Of a stretch of DNA of 64,000 nucleotides, positions 61,571 through 64,000 are shown in pieces. Each line of letters starts with the position of its first letter. Within the stretch, counting starts at the first letter, position 1. Below the pieces are notes generated by a model that saw nothing but the letters and a program-made list of their open reading frames with translations, made no database searches and was not told where the DNA came from. The position numbers and the translations under genes are program-made. The DNA lies in the IMG/VR virus record IMGVR_UViG_3300042879_003566, positions 16,458-80,457 of that record. One strand, written 5' to 3'. The stretch comes from a virus.

Positions 61571-63298
61571 GTGGCTAATCGCAGAATAAGCGAATTACAA
61601 GAGATTGCGGGCATTGACCTAGCCGAGGCCGACCTATTCACAGTCGTGAAGGTTGCCGAAGTTGACCCGGCAATTAAAAACAAGAAATTAACAATATCTG
61701 GTACCAAGGCATATCTAAATATTTTCTACCTGCCGCGCACTGGCGGCACAGTGAGTGGCAGCGTCACTGTTGGTGGAGACTTAACGGTTTCCGGTACAAC
61801 GACAACGTCTGGCCTGGCGGTTTCCAATACGGCAACCATCAGTTCGCTCACCGTACAAAATAATGCAACTGTCAGCGGCACCCTCAGTGGTACAACGCTA
61901 ACTGGTACAAACGTCAACGCAACGAATGTCAACGCGGTCAACTTGACTGCAGACACCTTTACCATTGCGTCGCTGACGGGTGTTTCTGGTACCTTCACGT
62001 CGCGTGTATCCGGTGCCACGGTCACAGGCAATACCGGCGCATTTACTAATTTATTTGCAATTACAGGCACTGTTACCAACTTCTTGTCGGTTGGCGAAGT
62101 CACTGGTGTCACTAGCCGCTTCACAAATATCACCGGTGCAACAGGCGTCTTTACGTCTTCCTTATCCGGCGCGAGTGTCACGGGTACAACCGCAAGTTTT
62201 ACCACAGGTGTTTTCCAGACCCTGGTTACATCCGGCCAGACGATTGGCGGCAACTTAACGGTTTCCGGAACATTTAGGGCACTTGGATCTGGCTTCTTTA
62301 GCTCCGGCGTTCAAGTTACTGGAACCCTCAGCGGTACGACAGTAACTGGTACTACGGCTCAATTCACCAATATCACCGGCGTTAATGTCATTGGCACCAC
62401 ACTAGTTTCTGGTGTAACAGTCAGTGGCGGTTTCGGTAAGTTTGATAGCGTCACTGGTAATACAATCATTGGCCTCACCACAATCTCTGGTGGGACAATC
62501 ACCGGCAATACCGGAAACTTTACCGACATCAATGCAATTACGGCGACGTTCACAACAGGAATCGTTCGCCAACAAATCACTGTTACAGGCAGTGCCAATA
62601 TCAACGGGAACCTAGTCGTTGGTGGCTCTGGCCTCTTTAGTTCTGGTATTAGTGCCACTGGCACGATCAGCGGTCAGACTTTTACTGGTGGATTGGCTCA
62701 ATTCACCACAATCACAGGCGGCACCGCCGGCTTCACAACGGTAACCGGCCAGACAGTTACAGGTAATGCCGCTCAATTCAACACGATTACTGGCAATGCC
62801 GGCTCCTTCACCGTAGTCACCGGTACGACAATTACCGGAAACCTCGGTTTATTTACTACGTTGACCGGTGTCAACCTTGTTGGCAGCACCTCAGTTTTTG
62901 GTGCCACCGTTACGGGTAACGTTGGTCAATTTACTGCACTAACTGGGAATACCGCTGGCTTTACAACAGTTACAGGTGCAACCGTCACCGGCACAACCGT
63001 CAATTTCGTGACGGTTTCTGGTAATACGGTCACTGGCAATACCGGGCTATTTACAAATCTCACTGGTGTAACTGTCGTCGGTACCACCACTGTTTCTGGC
63101 GCAACAGTTACCGGTAATGTTATTCGTGCTACAACCATTACAGGCGTCAGTGGTGTCTTCACCAGCTCTGTGTCTGGTGCCACGGTAACAGGGGCTAGTG
63201 GTTTGTTCTCCTCTGCGTTAAGAATTAGTGGGTCCAACGTAGCAACTGAAAGCTACGCAGACAACACAGCGATTGTGTTTGCTATTGCACTTGGTTAA
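61571..63298 (+). CDS. tail fibre/spike shaft protein with Thr/Gly repeats
   Basis: Dozens of 5-10-aa units (VTGNT.G.FT..TG, SGATVTG); N-terminal NRRISEL; C-terminal AIVFAIALG. Confidence 0.8.
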   Translation: MANRRISELQEIAGIDLAEADLFTVVKVAEVDPAIKNKKLTISGTKAYLNIFYLPRTGGTVSGSVTVGGDLTVSGTTTTSGLAVSNTATISSLTVQNNATVSGTLSGTTLTGTNVNATNVNAVNLTADTFTIASLTGVSGTFTSRVSGATVTGNTGAFTNLFAITGTVTNFLSVGEVTGVTSRFTNITGATGVFTSSLSGASVTGTTASFTTGVFQTLVTSGQTIGGNLTVSGTFRALGSGFFSSGVQVTGTLSGTTVTGTTAQFTNITGVNVIGTTLVSGVTVSGGFGKFDSVTGNTIIGLTTISGGTITGNTGNFTDINAITATFTTGIVRQQITVTGSANINGNLVVGGSGLFSSGISATGTISGQTFTGGLAQFTTITGGTAGFTTVTGQTVTGNAAQFNTITGNAGSFTVVTGTTITGNLGLFTTLTGVNLVGSTSVFGATVTGNVGQFTALTGNTAGFTTVTGATVTGTTVNFVTVSGNTVTGNTGLFTNLTGVTVVGTTTVSGATVTGNVIRATTITGVSGVFTSSVSGATVTGASGLFSSALRISGSNVATESYADNTAIVFAIALG

Positions 63299-63341
63299 AC
63301 ACCTTATAATTAAGAAAACTGTGACTGGTATCCGCAAATAA

Positions 63342-63713
63342 ATGGCACGTTTTGTTTCGGTAGTTAGGCAAAATATCGCCAGCGGATCTACCTCTCCGAC
63401 TGCGATTATTTCCGGTACGTCCAATGCCAGTGGTGTTCCCGCTGGTACTTACGGCGTGATCCTCAGCATTCTGGCCTCTAATACAACGCCCAATTCTCAG
63501 AACGTCACCGTTCAATTGATTAAGTCCGGTGGTACAACCACTGGTTCCCTCATTACTTCTGGCACTGTTCCTAACCAGTCTTCTCTTGAATTTATGACTG
63601 GAAACAAGGTGATTGTTCAGTCGGAAGACGTTGTCCGTGCTTATGCAGGAACTGGCAGCTCCGTGGATGTTGTCGTTTCTTACATGTTGAACCCGCAAGA
63701 TAACACGATCTAA
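63342..63713 (+). CDS. small virion structural protein
   Basis: VP..SSLE...GNK...QS.D..R.......DV.VSY. Confidence 0.65.
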   Translation: MARFVSVVRQNIASGSTSPTAIISGTSNASGVPAGTYGVILSILASNTTPNSQNVTVQLIKSGGTTTGSLITSGTVPNQSSLEFMTGNKVIVQSEDVVRAYAGTGSSVDVVVSYMLNPQDNTI

Positions 63714-63715
63714 TC

Positions 63716-64000
63716 ATGCCGTACCTTGGTAACGTTCCCTCATCTTTCAATGTTGGCACCAACAACATTGATAATGATGCAATTACAACCGAAAAAATTG
63801 CAGCGGGTGCTGTTGTCAATGCCGACGTAAACGCTGCGGCAGCTATTGCAGGTACAAAGATCAGCCCTGATTTTGGCAGTCAAAATATCCTTACAACTGG
63901 TACCAGTACAGCAGCAAGCTTTAGTCCCAGTAGTTCAAGCGTTCCCACAAACGGCTTTTATTTACCATCGGCAAACAACGTAGCCATCTCAACTAATGGC
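63716..64000 (+). CDS. tail fibre protein, N-terminal part (runs off the window)
   Basis: MPYLGNVP...AITTEKIA.GAV...AAIAGTKISPDFGSQNI.TTG...NGFYLPSANNVAISTNG. Confidence 0.8.
   Translation, partial: MPYLGNVPSSFNVGTNNIDNDAITTEKIAAGAVVNADVNAAAAIAGTKISPDFGSQNILTTGTSTAASFSPSSSSVPTNGFYLPSANNVAISTNG

Noticed and set aside
61726-63237. Several Val/Pro-rich antisense ORFs
   Set aside because: They are mirror frames of the Thr/Gly repeat fibre gene.
1-64000. Alternative genetic code or stop-codon reassignment
   Set aside because: Known genes are full length in code 11, TAA, TAG and TGA all serve as stops, and no suppressor tRNA is present.

Overview
A 64-kb piece of a tailed dsDNA phage genome. The host is most likely a cyanobacterium (Synechococcus/Cyanobium type), judged from NblA-like genes, a DUF4278/IF17-like gene with an NtcA box, and cyanophage-type small proteins. 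Layout: (1) 1-4.9 kb, + strand: nucleotide-sugar genes (epimerase, rfbH, rfbC, rfbB), two structured non-coding segments, tRNA-Thr and an HNH nuclease. (2) 4.9-28.4 kb, mostly - strand: Dps, a tail fibre with S74 chaperone, Gp157-like, SSB, T7-type PolA, GP88-like, ThyX, tRNA-Leu, PcfJ-like and many small early ORFs. (3) A gene-poor divergence zone at about 28.4-29.2 kb. (4) 29.2-57.7 kb, + strand: internal virion proteins, terminase, portal, scaffold, major capsid protein, three peptidoglycan hydrolases and NblA. (5) A short - strand block (DUF3310, dcd, MTase-like, HTH), then tail genes to the window end. The most striking signal not explained by any gene is three families of repeated, covarying RNA structures in the early - strand region, mostly at gene junctions: six H-type pseudoknots, four GGCA/GUAAGUCC internal-loop hairpins (one abutting tRNA-Leu) and two bistable switch elements. 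Also notable: a kissing-loop RNA before tRNA-Thr, a circularly permuted M23 peptidase sharing a C-terminal module with a lambda-type lysozyme, and a 596-nt portal/scaffold dual-coding overlap. All family assignments come from motif recognition by eye; no searches were run.
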